From contig CAKOJJ010000003.1 of the NCBI GenBank assembly GCA_934089275.1, positions 2,565-66,564 of the forward strand: DNA of 64,000 nt, written 5' to 3'. Positions within the stretch are counted from its first letter, which is position 1. Every line of letters starts with the position of its first letter. The DNA is from an uncultured Bacilli bacterium (GTDB lineage Bacteria > Bacillota_I > Bacilli_A > RF39 > UBA660). A program made the position numbers and the translations under genes. Shown here in pieces: positions 17,726 through 27,669 of the stretch. Under the pieces are notes generated by a model. It made no database searches and was not told the DNA's origin. It worked only from the letters and a program-made list of their open reading frames with translations.

Positions 17726-19834
17726 ATGAAAAAAGTGTTAGACATATTAGATATGTTATTCAAAAAAAGTAAAATTGTATTTGCTTTTTTTGCAATAACA
17801 CTTTTTTCAGTTGTATTAATAACCAATTCAGTAAATGCTGCATCCTTTAATTATAGTGATTTTGATTTTGATGAATATTTTAAAGAAAATAATAATTATT
17901 GGACAAATAGTTGTGGTGATGATAAGAATTGTATTGATAAAATCACGAAAAATCAAAAGAAATTTTATACAAAATTATATAAATTGCTTGCTGCATATGC
18001 GAAGAAAGGTATTATAGCTGAAAATAGTTACGTTGATAATATTATTCTTGAAACTGTGTTTATAAATCTTTCTCCGGATATGCTTACTGATGATGATAAT
18101 GATTATAGTAGTGTTTTTGGTGGAAATGGAAAACCTTATACAATCGATGAATCGGAAATTGATGATGTAACAATAGATCCTGATATTGATTATAGTGATA
18201 TTACAGAGGATTATGCTAAATATTATAATGAGGAAAAAGATACTTTAAAAACTCTAGTATCTAACTTATTTTCTTACACAACACGTTGTTATGGAATATA
18301 TGGTGATCCTAAAATAGTTACTAATTCAGATGGAACTGAATCACAAGTTTGTGAAAGAGGTACTCTTGAAAAAATTCCTAAAAAAGGACTTATTGGTGGA
18401 AAGCAAACTAAATGTGTTGATAAAACAACTAATAGTTTAGGTTATTGGAAGTACTACGTTAGTAGACTTCAACATGATCATTTTATTGGTAAGTATTTTT
18501 TATCGTTGACAGTTTTAGGAAGTATACCTGTTGATGAGTCATATGATCAATGTATGAATTCAAGCGATAGTTATCCTGGTGGAACTGTTTATGGTTATAT
18601 GGATAAAGGAGAATTACCAAAACTTGATACTAATAAATATTTTGACTTTTTAAGTTATAATAAATACTTTGATAAAAAAGCTCATTTACAAGAATATTTT
18701 AATGAAAAAGTATTAAAACCAGCAAATGTTAGTTGTATGACTAAAGATCTTTGTGATAACTCTTTAGAGGCAGCGGGATTATATGATCAATATGAAGAAG
18801 AAATAATTGAATCAAGAAGAATGATAATAAAAAGTATTATTTCAATTTTAAACGATTACGGAATTAAAATAGCTTATTCTGGAGTAGGTTTTGAATATGG
18901 CCAAGGTGCTTATGAATCAGATAATTCTGGTTGGTGGTGGCCAATTGGAAGCGATTCTTATTATTCAACTGAGCCGATTCCAACAAAAATCACAAGCTAT
19001 TTTGGAAAACGTGATGCTCCAATTGAGGGTGCTAGTAAAAATCATAAAGGTTTAGATATTGCTCCAATTGTTGATGCTTATAAAACGGGTGGAGGAGATA
19101 GAGATCTTCCGATTATTGCTACAAGAGATGGTGTAGTAGTTTTAGCTTCAGAAAAAATAGACGGTTATGGAAAATATATTAAAATTCAACATGATAACGG
19201 AATGTATTCTGGTTATGGACATATAAAAACTATTTTAGTAACTGAAGGACAAGCTGTAAAACAAGGTGATGTTATAGCTTATATGGGAAATGAAGGAAGG
19301 TCTACTGGTAAACACTTGCACTTTGAAATATTTACTGATAGTTCAACGCGTGTTAATCCTTTAGATTATGTAAGTCAACTTGTTCCACGTCCAGTTGCTT
19401 CTACTGGTAAATTTACTGCTGGTAGTGAAAATAAACAATCGATATGTTTAACTTTAAAAAATGCAGGTTACAGTGATGTAGGTATTGCTGCTTTACTTGG
19501 AAATATTTTTGCTGAAAGTTCATACAATCCAGCGGCTGATAATGGAACACATGGTGGTATTTGCCAATGGGCATATAATGGAAGATATAAAGATTTAATA
19601 AATTTCAGTCCATACAATTATAAGACGTTGGAAGGACAGGTTATGTTTATGATTAATGAACTTCAGACATCGTATGATTCATTAAATGAAAAATTGAAAA
19701 ATGGTGCTGGAACAGCAAACGAACTTGGAAATATGGTTTGTATGAAATATGAAGCTCCAGGTCGTTCATCTTGTGAAGCTCGTTATAAAAATCCAGGAAA
19801 CTTATTATCATATGTACAAAACAATTGTAATTAG
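17726..19834 (+). CDS. Secreted bifunctional cell-wall hydrolase (M23 endopeptidase + lysozyme-like domain), VirB1 analogue
   Basis: Signal/anchor sequence at the N-terminus. M23 motifs HKGLDIAP and GRSTGKHLHFEI. The C-terminal ALLGNIFAESSYNP...GGICQW resembles the phage-tail-lysozyme type domain. Confidence 0.8.
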   Translation: MKKVLDILDMLFKKSKIVFAFFAITLFSVVLITNSVNAASFNYSDFDFDEYFKENNNYWTNSCGDDKNCIDKITKNQKKFYTKLYKLLAAYAKKGIIAENSYVDNIILETVFINLSPDMLTDDDNDYSSVFGGNGKPYTIDESEIDDVTIDPDIDYSDITEDYAKYYNEEKDTLKTLVSNLFSYTTRCYGIYGDPKIVTNSDGTESQVCERGTLEKIPKKGLIGGKQTKCVDKTTNSLGYWKYYVSRLQHDHFIGKYFLSLTVLGSIPVDESYDQCMNSSDSYPGGTVYGYMDKGELPKLDTNKYFDFLSYNKYFDKKAHLQEYFNEKVLKPANVSCMTKDLCDNSLEAAGLYDQYEEEIIESRRMIIKSIISILNDYGIKIAYSGVGFEYGQGAYESDNSGWWWPIGSDSYYSTEPIPTKITSYFGKRDAPIEGASKNHKGLDIAPIVDAYKTGGGDRDLPIIATRDGVVVLASEKIDGYGKYIKIQHDNGMYSGYGHIKTILVTEGQAVKQGDVIAYMGNEGRSTGKHLHFEIFTDSSTRVNPLDYVSQLVPRPVASTGKFTAGSENKQSICLTLKNAGYSDVGIAALLGNIFAESSYNPAADNGTHGGICQWAYNGRYKDLINFSPYNYKTLEGQVMFMINELQTSYDSLNEKLKNGAGTANELGNMVCMKYEAPGRSSCEARYKNPGNLLSYVQNNCN

Positions 19835-19847
19835 AAAGGGATAACTT

Positions 19848-20351
19848 ATGAAAGATATATTAAGTCATAAAAATGTTATGTATGTTTTAATAATTTTAAT
19901 TTTATACACATGTATAGCTTTACTTTTTAATAGAATTAAGTCTAGTAAACAAGAAATATCAGTGGTAGATAATTATTCACGATTTTATACATTAGCAAAT
20001 TCGGCTAATATGTATCTTTCTTATCTTGGACTAGAAAATAGTAAAAATGTTTATACTTTGTTAAATGATGATTACATAAAGGAAAATCAAATAACAGAAG
20101 ATAATGTGATAACAAAACTTAAAGATTTTGAAACAACTAGTCCATCTATTAGAGTAACAAAAATGTTACAACAAACTTTAAATAAACGTTTAAAAAAGTA
20201 TTATATAAAGGGAAATTTAATTGATATATCTGAAGATACATATGATGTCTTGAAAGATTATTATTTAATAATGGAAGTTGATGAAAACAATAATACTTAT
20301 CAAATAACTCCATATGATGGAAAAATATTTATGGAGGGAAAATATGAATAA
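19848..20351 (+). CDS. N-terminally anchored T4SS-cluster protein (possible VirB8/TcpC-like)
   Basis: One N-terminal TM helix plus a ~130-aa ectodomain. The functional assignment is only by position and architecture. Confidence 0.45.
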   Translation: MKDILSHKNVMYVLIILILYTCIALLFNRIKSSKQEISVVDNYSRFYTLANSANMYLSYLGLENSKNVYTLLNDDYIKENQITEDNVITKLKDFETTSPSIRVTKMLQQTLNKRLKKYYIKGNLIDISEDTYDVLKDYYLIMEVDENNNTYQITPYDGKIFMEGKYE

Positions 20352-20832
20352 ATATGATAGTTTAGTAGATATTTTCTTTAAAATTATAATTGGAATAGAA
20401 GTAGTTGCTATTATAGTTTTAATAATTCTTAATATAGTAGCTCCAAGAAGCAATTTAAAACAAAAAAGCTTTTATGAAAATAAAAGTATAAATGAGCTTA
20501 TTCCAATAAGCCCAACTGATGAATTAATTGCCAAAAAATATTTTTCAGATTTTGTAAATTTAACAAACAATGATCTTAAATTAGCATATGATTATGTTGC
20601 TGATTATTATAAAGAAAAAGTTTATCCATCTTATGATTATTTTTCAAAGAATATAATGAAAGATGTTTCTGATGGCTTTAAAGCCGGACAAATTTTTTCT
20701 TATAAGGTTACAGATAAAAGTAAATATAGAGTATTCTATATTAAAGATTCGTCTAATCATGAATATTTGATAAAAGAAGAAGGAATTATGAATTATAAAA
20801 TATATTTAGATGTTGCTAATGTAGATATCTAG
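20344..20832 (+). CDS. N-terminally anchored T4SS-cluster protein (possible VirB8/TcpC-like)
   Basis: ATG 20344 follows GGAGGGA and overlaps the upstream stop by 8 nt. One TM helix plus an ectodomain. Confidence 0.45.
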   Translation: MNKYDSLVDIFFKIIIGIEVVAIIVLIILNIVAPRSNLKQKSFYENKSINELIPISPTDELIAKKYFSDFVNLTNNDLKLAYDYVADYYKEKVYPSYDYFSKNIMKDVSDGFKAGQIFSYKVTDKSKYRVFYIKDSSNHEYLIKEEGIMNYKIYLDVANVDI

Positions 20833-20850
20833 AATAGAAAGGATGATATT

Positions 20851-22077
20851 ATGAACCCTCAAAATGATTTTGGCCTTGGTAATATAGATGGCTCAAATGC
20901 ACTTGATATTGATGTAAATAATGTGGATGATAATATCATTCCTTTTCCTAATGATAATCAAAGTGCTGAAAATAATTCTAGTAATGGTAATGTTCCTGTT
21001 GGTGATGAAGGCAATGGTGCACCTAAATCCCTAGATATGGCTGGTAAAAAGGTAAATGAAAAAGGCGAAGTAGAAGATTCTTCTACAAAGAAAGCTGTAA
21101 AAGCTATAGGGCGTGGAGCTGCTGCATATTTTTCTGGTGGTGAATCATTAAAATATGATCAACAAGTAACTAACAATCTAATTGGAGATAAAGTAATCGG
21201 TGTAGTTTCAGATGGTTTAGAAAAAGTACCTGGAGTTGAAACTTTAGCTGAAGGACTTGATGAGCTTAATGTTTCAGATACTGCTAATGCGGCAATGGAT
21301 ACAGTTGGTTCTGCGATGAATGGTGATATTGCTGGTGCTGTAGAATCCGGAGTTAAAACAGTAAAAGAAGCAAAAAAAACTCGAAAAGCAATTTTAAAAA
21401 AAATACTAATTTTATTTTTACCAATTATATTATTTATAGTGTTATTTATAGTAATTTTATCTCCAATGTTAGGAGGATTTATTGATCTTACAAATAAGGG
21501 TGCAACAAATAGTAATTCATCTGGAAATACATCCACTGGAAGCAAACCAGGACCAAGTGATGATGGAAATTATGTTGATAAAGAAACAATTTCAAATATG
21601 GATATCCAAATCACAGAAGCTCAAATTGAATATCTTAAGTCGACAATTCCTCACTGGGAATCATTAAATACTTTTCAAAAAAATGCAATTATGGCTAGTT
21701 ATTCTATGATTGGTAAGGTCGATTATGTTTGGGGCGGTAAACCTAGTGCAGCAGGTATTAGTGGAGTAGGTAAAGGCCTTGATTGTTCTGGTTTTGTTTC
21801 ATGGACTATATGGACAGCAAGCGGTAATTCTTTTATTCAAAGTACTGAAGAATTAGCAAAAAATTTAGGATTTAATGGTTTAAAACGTATTGAAAAAAGT
21901 GATATATTACCAGGAGATATTGTTATTGTACGTAGACCTGATAATTCAGGACATACATTAATTTATGCTGGAAATGATCAATATATTCATGCTCCAGGTT
22001 CAGGTCAAAAAGTTAAAATGAGTTCTTATACGTTAAAAGAAGATAATGAAATTTATTATGCAAGATATACTGGATAG
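20851..22077 (+). CDS. Membrane-anchored NlpC/P60 cell-wall hydrolase
   Basis: C-terminal VDYVWGGK...GLDCSGFVSW...GHTLIYAG...IHAP (Cys-His NlpC/P60 core). Central TM helix. Comparable to Tn916 Orf14/CwlT. Confidence 0.8.
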   Translation: MNPQNDFGLGNIDGSNALDIDVNNVDDNIIPFPNDNQSAENNSSNGNVPVGDEGNGAPKSLDMAGKKVNEKGEVEDSSTKKAVKAIGRGAAAYFSGGESLKYDQQVTNNLIGDKVIGVVSDGLEKVPGVETLAEGLDELNVSDTANAAMDTVGSAMNGDIAGAVESGVKTVKEAKKTRKAILKKILILFLPIILFIVLFIVILSPMLGGFIDLTNKGATNSNSSGNTSTGSKPGPSDDGNYVDKETISNMDIQITEAQIEYLKSTIPHWESLNTFQKNAIMASYSMIGKVDYVWGGKPSAAGISGVGKGLDCSGFVSWTIWTASGNSFIQSTEELAKNLGFNGLKRIEKSDILPGDIVIVRRPDNSGHTLIYAGNDQYIHAPGSGQKVKMSSYTLKEDNEIYYARYTG

Positions 22078-22088
22078 GGTGATAAATA

Positions 22089-22691
22089 ATGAAAAGAATA
22101 TTAAGGGTATTTATATTATGCTTGATAAGCATTCCGACATTTTGTTTTGCGGCTGGTAGAAATGTAACTTTTGATGCAACTTTTGATGGTGTTGACGCAA
22201 ATTTAATTAACAATATGTATGTTTATTACACTGATAAATCAGAAACTGAATATTCTGTTACTTTAAGAAAAGAAGATAATTATTATTATAGTTATGATCT
22301 TTATAGTGGAAGTGATATTTTAAGAGTAAACGTTATATTTGACCAAAATGATTTTTTGGGAGAGTCAAGTATTGTTAAGACGGACAATGGTTATAATATA
22401 CATATAAATGTAAAACCTAAAAATAATACTGGTGTTATTATAGATAATACGCCTACTACTTCAGTGACTACTACAAGCCCAACAACGGTTGTTGAAGGTC
22501 AAACGACAACTACTATAAAATCTCAAACAACATCTTCTGTTCAAAACGAAACAACTACAAGCAAAACTGAAGAAGAAAAACAAACTCAAATAATAAAAAA
22601 TGTATATTTTTTTATATTAATAGTGCTTGGAATAGTTGCTTTAATATTTTTAGGATATGCGACGATAAAAATTGTAAATGCTAATAAATAA
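22089..22691 (+). CDS. Surface protein with a signal peptide, Thr-rich stalk and C-terminal TM anchor
   Basis: Signal peptide MKRILRVFILCLISIPTFCFA, a T/S-rich linker, and the terminal hydrophobic helix VYFFILIVLGIVALIFLGYA. Confidence 0.65.
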   Translation: MKRILRVFILCLISIPTFCFAAGRNVTFDATFDGVDANLINNMYVYYTDKSETEYSVTLRKEDNYYYSYDLYSGSDILRVNVIFDQNDFLGESSIVKTDNGYNIHINVKPKNNTGVIIDNTPTTSVTTTSPTTVVEGQTTTTIKSQTTSSVQNETTTSKTEEEKQTQIIKNVYFFILIVLGIVALIFLGYATIKIVNANK

Positions 22692-22748
22692 TATAGAAAA
22701 AAGCAAGTATATATATTATAATAATCTATAGAGAAGGAAGGGCTAAAT

Positions 22749-25205
22749 ATGAAATTTAAAGTATCACCAAAAGATATGGTAATTTTTAGTGTTTTTTGTA
22801 TTTTTTTACTTTACTTCAGTTCAATCGCTGTATTGAATGTTTTTACATTAATTAATGATGGAGAATTTTATGGCCTTAATCCGATAGAAGGATTTACTTC
22901 AAAGTATATTATTGGAACTTTATTGGTATTTTTTATTGTTTTAGCCGCAATATTCTTTAGTGTTTCATCATCTATCTTTGAAAGAGGTAAAGGTTTTGGA
23001 TTATCTTTCAGTGAAAAGGAAGAAAAAGGTTACTCTCGTTGGTGTAAAGAAAAAGAAATGAAAAAAGCCTATAAAATATTTGAAGTAGGAGTAAAAGACG
23101 TTTCTGCATCAGCTGGTGGAGTTGTATTTATAAATGATGGTAAAAGAATGTGGGTAGATGACAGTGAAAACCATACTTTAGTAATCGGAGTTACTGGATC
23201 TGGTAAAACAACTGCTGTTGTTGACCCTTTAATTTATAGTTTATGTAAACATGGTGAATCAATGGTTATCACTGATCCAAAAGGTGAAATATATAAAAAC
23301 CATGCTGAACTATTAAAAGCTCGTGGATATAAAATAGTTGTACTTAATTTCCGTGACCCAACAAGAGGTAATGCTTGGAATCCATTAACATTACCTTATA
23401 AATTGTATAAAGCTGGAAATATTGATAAAGCCGTTGAGTTAGTTGATGACGTTGCTTTAAATATTTTACAAGATAAAAAAGCACAAGATCCATTCTGGGA
23501 AAAAAGTGCATCAGACTATTTTTCAGGATGTGCTTTAGGATTACTTGAAGATGCAACCGAAGAAGAGGTTAACTTAAATTCAATAAGTTATATGACAACT
23601 GTTGGAGAGGAAAAACTTCCTGGTAATTCTACATATATTAAAGAGTATTTTACTTTAAAAGGTGAATCATCAAGTCCATATGTATTTGCTAGTAATACAA
23701 TCAATTCGCCAGCAGATACAAAAGGTGGTATCCTTGCTGTATTCCGTCAAAAAATTCGTTTGTTTGCTTCTCGTGAACAATTATCGGAAATGCTTGCTTA
23801 TTCTGACTTTAACATGAGAGATATTGGACAAGAAAAAACAGCAGTTTTTATGATTATACATGATGAAAAGACAACATATCATGCTTTGGCAACAATCTTT
23901 ATAAAACAATGTTATGAAACTTTAATTGATGTTGCTCAAGCTAATGGTGGTAAACTTCCTTTTAGAACAAATTTCATATTGGATGAGTTTGCAAATATGC
24001 CTCCATTAAAAGATGTTACAACAATGGTAACAGCCGCTCGTTCTAGAGCAATAAGATTTACTTTTATTATTCAAAACTTTGCTCAATTAAATGAAGTATA
24101 TGGAAAAGAAGATGCTGAAACTATTCGTTCTAACTGTGGTAATTTAATGTATCTTTTAACAACTGAATTAGCTGCTCTAGAAGAGATATCTAAGCTATGT
24201 GGAGAAGTTAAATCTAAAAAAGATGATAAAACTGCTTCTCAACCATTAGTTACAGTATCGGATTTACAAAAGTTAAAAATGAATGAAGTTATAATTCTAA
24301 GAAATCGTATGAATCCATTTAGGACTAAGTTAAAACAAGGATTCGACACTGACTGGGGTGATTCTGAATTTGGAAAAGCAGAATTTCCAACTAGAGAAAT
24401 AAAAGAAATTAAATTATTTGATGTAAAAGAATTTGTTAAAAAGAGAAAAAATATTAAAGATGATGTTAAAGGTGGATCTTTCAATAATCCATTTGGAAAT
24501 CCTTTTGGCGGAGGAGATACACCAAAGATTCCAACATTTGAAGAGTTTATGGCTGCAAGAAATGCTAAAAAGGCAGAAGAGGCGAAGGCTAAAGAATCAA
24601 CTTCTGCAAATATAACAGCAACTCAAGGTGAAACAAAGCCTAAAGTAGAGCCTGCTAAAAGTAAACTTCCAACATTTGATGTTGATGAAATGGTTAAACG
24701 TATAGATGCTAAATTAGCCGAACTTGAAGCTCAAGAAAAACAAGGAGACTCTGCTAGTGGAAATACTCCTTCAATCACGGATAATAAAGAAATGTTTAAT
24801 CCTTTTGCTGCACCAATTCAAAATCCATTTGAAAAGAAAGATGAACCTGGTGTAAATCCATTTGAGAATAAAGTTTCATCTGTTGTTCCAAATGACAAAA
24901 AAGAAGAACCTTCAATTGTTAATTCAGTTGAAGAAATTAATTTAGATGATCAAATTAAAAATTCTACATCGATGGCTGATCAACCAATTAAAACATTTGA
25001 TGAATTGATAAATGAAAATAAAACTTTGACTGGAATTATTGATCCAACAAAAGTTGTAGAACCAGAAAATAAGAAGATAGAAGAACCAAAGCCGATAGAA
25101 ACTAAGAAAGAAGAACCTTCAATAATGGTAGACACTTCAGCAAAAGTAATGCCAGATAATGATGTATCGGATGATGCTTTCTTTGATGACTTTTTTGAAG
25201 AATAA
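22749..25205 (+). CDS. VirD4/TraG-type type IV coupling protein with a long disordered C-terminal tail
   Basis: Two N-terminal TM helices, Walker A VIGVTGSGKTT and Walker B-like FILDEFANMP. The last ~270 aa are low-complexity with five NPF motifs. Confidence 0.88.
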   Translation: MKFKVSPKDMVIFSVFCIFLLYFSSIAVLNVFTLINDGEFYGLNPIEGFTSKYIIGTLLVFFIVLAAIFFSVSSSIFERGKGFGLSFSEKEEKGYSRWCKEKEMKKAYKIFEVGVKDVSASAGGVVFINDGKRMWVDDSENHTLVIGVTGSGKTTAVVDPLIYSLCKHGESMVITDPKGEIYKNHAELLKARGYKIVVLNFRDPTRGNAWNPLTLPYKLYKAGNIDKAVELVDDVALNILQDKKAQDPFWEKSASDYFSGCALGLLEDATEEEVNLNSISYMTTVGEEKLPGNSTYIKEYFTLKGESSSPYVFASNTINSPADTKGGILAVFRQKIRLFASREQLSEMLAYSDFNMRDIGQEKTAVFMIIHDEKTTYHALATIFIKQCYETLIDVAQANGGKLPFRTNFILDEFANMPPLKDVTTMVTAARSRAIRFTFIIQNFAQLNEVYGKEDAETIRSNCGNLMYLLTTELAALEEISKLCGEVKSKKDDKTASQPLVTVSDLQKLKMNEVIILRNRMNPFRTKLKQGFDTDWGDSEFGKAEFPTREIKEIKLFDVKEFVKKRKNIKDDVKGGSFNNPFGNPFGGGDTPKIPTFEEFMAARNAKKAEEAKAKESTSANITATQGETKPKVEPAKSKLPTFDVDEMVKRIDAKLAELEAQEKQGDSASGNTPSITDNKEMFNPFAAPIQNPFEKKDEPGVNPFENKVSSVVPNDKKEEPSIVNSVEEINLDDQIKNSTSMADQPIKTFDELINENKTLTGIIDPTKVVEPENKKIEEPKPIETKKEEPSIMVDTSAKVMPDNDVSDDAFFDDFFEE

Positions 25206-25229
25206 CAAGAATTTATTTCTTGTTTTTTT
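25204..25229 (+). terminator. Rho-independent terminator closing the T4SS cluster
   Basis: AACAAGAA / TTCTTGTT stem followed by a T-run, overlapping the stop codon. Confidence 0.75.
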
Positions 25230-25284
25230 GTAGTTAATTTATGTATTTTACTCAAAAAAAATATGCACTTTTTAATGCATATTT

Positions 25285-26733
25285 TTATTTAAATAAATTT
25301 TTGAATAATGAGTTTCCAAGTTTTCTTCCAAAGGAAGAAGCTGTGTTTGTAATCATTCTTTCAGTTGCTTTTTCCATTGTTGATTTTTTTGCCTTTGCAG
25401 TAGTTTTTTTAGTAGCAGTTTTCTTTAAAGGCTCTTCATTCTCTTTATTCAATTTGGTAGTTAATATTTCATAAGTTGAAGTGTATTGAAGTTTTTCATC
25501 ATATTTTCCATATAACCATGTTGTTTTTATGAAGTTACTTCTTTCGGTATCTTCGATAGCGCCTATCATACTTTGAGGTGGTAAAATTGTGTATTTTTCA
25601 ACTACAATTGGTTCTCCATCTTCATTTTGAAGAGATATTAATGCTTCTCCAGTCTTTAAAGTACTTATAACTTCTTCTGTGTCAAAGTTAGGATTTTTTC
25701 TAAAGGAATCAGCAGCAGCTTTTAAAACTTTTTCTTCAGATGGAGTATAACTTCTTAAAACATGTTGTATTCTATTACCAAGTTGTGCAAGAATTTCGTC
25801 TGGTATATCTTTTGGACTTTGACTTATAAAATAAAGACCAATTCCTTTTGAGCGAATAAGTTTAACAATTTGAATAATTTGTTTTATAAGATGTTCTGGC
25901 ATAGAATCAAAAATCAAATGTGATTCATCAAAGAAACATACAAGCTTTGGTTTATTTAAATCACCAACTTCAGGGAATTCATTATATAAAGAAGTTAACA
26001 TCCAAAGCATAAACGTTGCATATAGAGTAGGCTTTTGAAATAATTTTTGAGCATCGAATATGTTAATATTGGCATAGCCCGTGTTTACATCAAAATGTAT
26101 TAAATCCTTTAAATTAAATGCTGGTAATCCAAAGAAGAAGTCTCCGCCTTCTGTTTGAAGAGATAAAATGTTTCTTTGAATTGAGCCAATGCTTTGCAAA
26201 GTTATATTTCCGTATGTAAGAGAATATTCTTTTCTTTTTTCTCCAATATATGTTAATGTTGCTTTTAAATCATTTAAATCAATTAATTCAAAACCTTCAT
26301 CTTCAGCTATTTTAAAAGTTATAGCTAAAACACCTTCTTGTGCATCTGTTAAATTAAGCATTCTAGCAAGCAGTTTAGCACCAATGCTTTTTACAGTTGT
26401 TCTAACATTGCATCCATTCTCTCCATATACATCTAAAAATGTTACTGGATATTTTTTTGTTTCAAAATCGGAAATGTTTAAATTATCCAATCTTGATTTT
26501 ATGTTTTCGTTTATTATTCCTTCATTTATAGTTCCAGCTAGATCACCTTTAACGTCACTTAAAAATACAGGTACACCGGCTTCTGAAAAACTTTCAGCTA
26601 AAACTTTTAAAGTAATAGTTTTACCACTTCCACTTGAACCAGTAATAAGTCCATGTCTATTTGCCTTATTTAAAAGTAAAATTGCTTCACTTGACTCATT
26701 TTTTCCAATTATTATATTTCCATTTTTATACAT
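25285..26733 (-). CDS. HerA-like / DUF853 (YjgR-type) P-loop ATPase
   Basis: Walker A GSSGSGKT and Walker B-like LVCFFDESHL. The overall layout is typical of the DUF853 family. K-rich tail. Confidence 0.75.
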   Translation of the reverse strand: MYKNGNIIIGKNESSEAILLLNKANRHGLITGSSGSGKTITLKVLAESFSEAGVPVFLSDVKGDLAGTINEGIINENIKSRLDNLNISDFETKKYPVTFLDVYGENGCNVRTTVKSIGAKLLARMLNLTDAQEGVLAITFKIAEDEGFELIDLNDLKATLTYIGEKRKEYSLTYGNITLQSIGSIQRNILSLQTEGGDFFFGLPAFNLKDLIHFDVNTGYANINIFDAQKLFQKPTLYATFMLWMLTSLYNEFPEVGDLNKPKLVCFFDESHLIFDSMPEHLIKQIIQIVKLIRSKGIGLYFISQSPKDIPDEILAQLGNRIQHVLRSYTPSEEKVLKAAADSFRKNPNFDTEEVISTLKTGEALISLQNEDGEPIVVEKYTILPPQSMIGAIEDTERSNFIKTTWLYGKYDEKLQYTSTYEILTTKLNKENEEPLKKTATKKTTAKAKKSTMEKATERMITNTASSFGRKLGNSLFKNLFK

Positions 26734-26796
26734 AAATAACCTCCAAATGCTTACAATAATTATAACATAAGTAAGTGCTTAAACATATAATATACT

Positions 26797-27009
26797 ATGA
26801 AAAGATTAAGATTAAGTGATTATACAGGGGAAGGAGTACTAATTGATTTGGATATTCAATATATTCCTTATCAAAAATTAATCTATGAACCAGAAAAATA
26901 TTTAAATAAGCATAAAAGATACTTTTTTAAATGTAAACATGGGGTTAAAAGTAAGGAAGTAGTAAGTGTTTTAGAACTTAAAGGTTATGATGTAACTCAA
27001 TTGATTTAA
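26797..27009 (+). CDS. Small rhodanese-like domain protein
   Basis: The FFKCKHGVKSKEVVSVLELKGYDV loop resembles the rhodanese active-site CxxGxR[ST] motif (Arg replaced by Lys). Confidence 0.45.
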   Translation: MKRLRLSDYTGEGVLIDLDIQYIPYQKLIYEPEKYLNKHKRYFFKCKHGVKSKEVVSVLELKGYDVTQLI

Positions 27010-27044
27010 GCGTTGTTTTATTATATAATGGATGTGTGATAAAA

Positions 27045-27659
27045 ATGGATATAGTTTTGATGAGTGTAAACGAAATATTAAATAACTTAGATTCATGGAT
27101 TGAAGTATTCTTATCCAATTTAGGTATTTGGGGAGCATTGATAAGCTGTTTACTTATAACAGTTGAATCAATTCTTCCTGTTTTGCCGTTATGTGTATTT
27201 GTAACTTTAGTTTTTTATGCTTTTGGCTCCTTTTTTGGATTTTTTATAAGTTGGATATTTACTCTTTTTGGTTGCTTTTTATCATTTACTCTTATTAGAA
27301 GTGGATTTAGAAAATGGTTTGTTGATAAATTTCTAAATAAGAAGGAAAAGGGAAAACTTGATAAACTTATGGGATACGTAGATCATATGAGTGTTTCGTC
27401 TCTTGCAATGCTTGTGGCTATTCCTTTTACACCAGCGTTCGCGGTGAATATAGCAGCTGGATTATCCAATATGAGCAGAAAAAAATATATGATAAGTATG
27501 ATGATTGGTAAAGTATTTATGGTTTATTTCTGGGGATATATTGGAACTACTTTAATAGAATGTTTAACTCATCCAGAATATTTAATTAAAATAGTTGTTA
27601 TGATGGGGCTTGCATTTATTATAAGTAAGATTGTTAATAAATATTTAAATTTGGATTAA
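27045..27659 (+). CDS. TVP38/TMEM64 (DedA-related) family membrane protein
   Basis: Polytopic, with a LIRSGFRKWF-type loop after paired TM helices. ATG 27045 is preferred over GTG 27036. Confidence 0.6.
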   Translation: MDIVLMSVNEILNNLDSWIEVFLSNLGIWGALISCLLITVESILPVLPLCVFVTLVFYAFGSFFGFFISWIFTLFGCFLSFTLIRSGFRKWFVDKFLNKKEKGKLDKLMGYVDHMSVSSLAMLVAIPFTPAFAVNIAAGLSNMSRKKYMISMMIGKVFMVYFWGYIGTTLIECLTHPEYLIKIVVMMGLAFIISKIVNKYLNLD

Positions 27660-27669
27660 GAGGTGCATT

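Larger units (their letters stand above)
12193..25229 (+). other. Gram-positive type IV secretion (conjugation-type) gene cluster, 11 co-oriented genes
   Basis: VirB6-like, VirB3/PrgI-like, VirB4 (two ORFs), M23+lysozyme hydrolase, NlpC/P60 hydrolase and a VirD4 coupling protein. Genes are tightly packed or overlapping. Bounded by a promoter at 12193 and a terminator at 25204. Confidence 0.8.

Noticed and set aside
17726-22077. M23, lysozyme-like and NlpC/P60 hydrolases as a possible prophage lysis or tail module
   Set aside because: I recognise no capsid, terminase, portal, tail or holin genes. The hydrolases are embedded between VirB4 and VirD4, which fits a T4SS cell-wall-piercing role.
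25241-25474. 77-aa + strand ORF after virD4
   Set aside because: It starts inside the terminator region and runs antisense into the 3' end of the DUF853 gene. No RBS.
26189-26770. 193-aa ORF on the + strand
   Set aside because: It lies entirely antisense within the well-supported DUF853/HerA-like ATPase gene. It is a low-complexity shadow ORF with no RBS.
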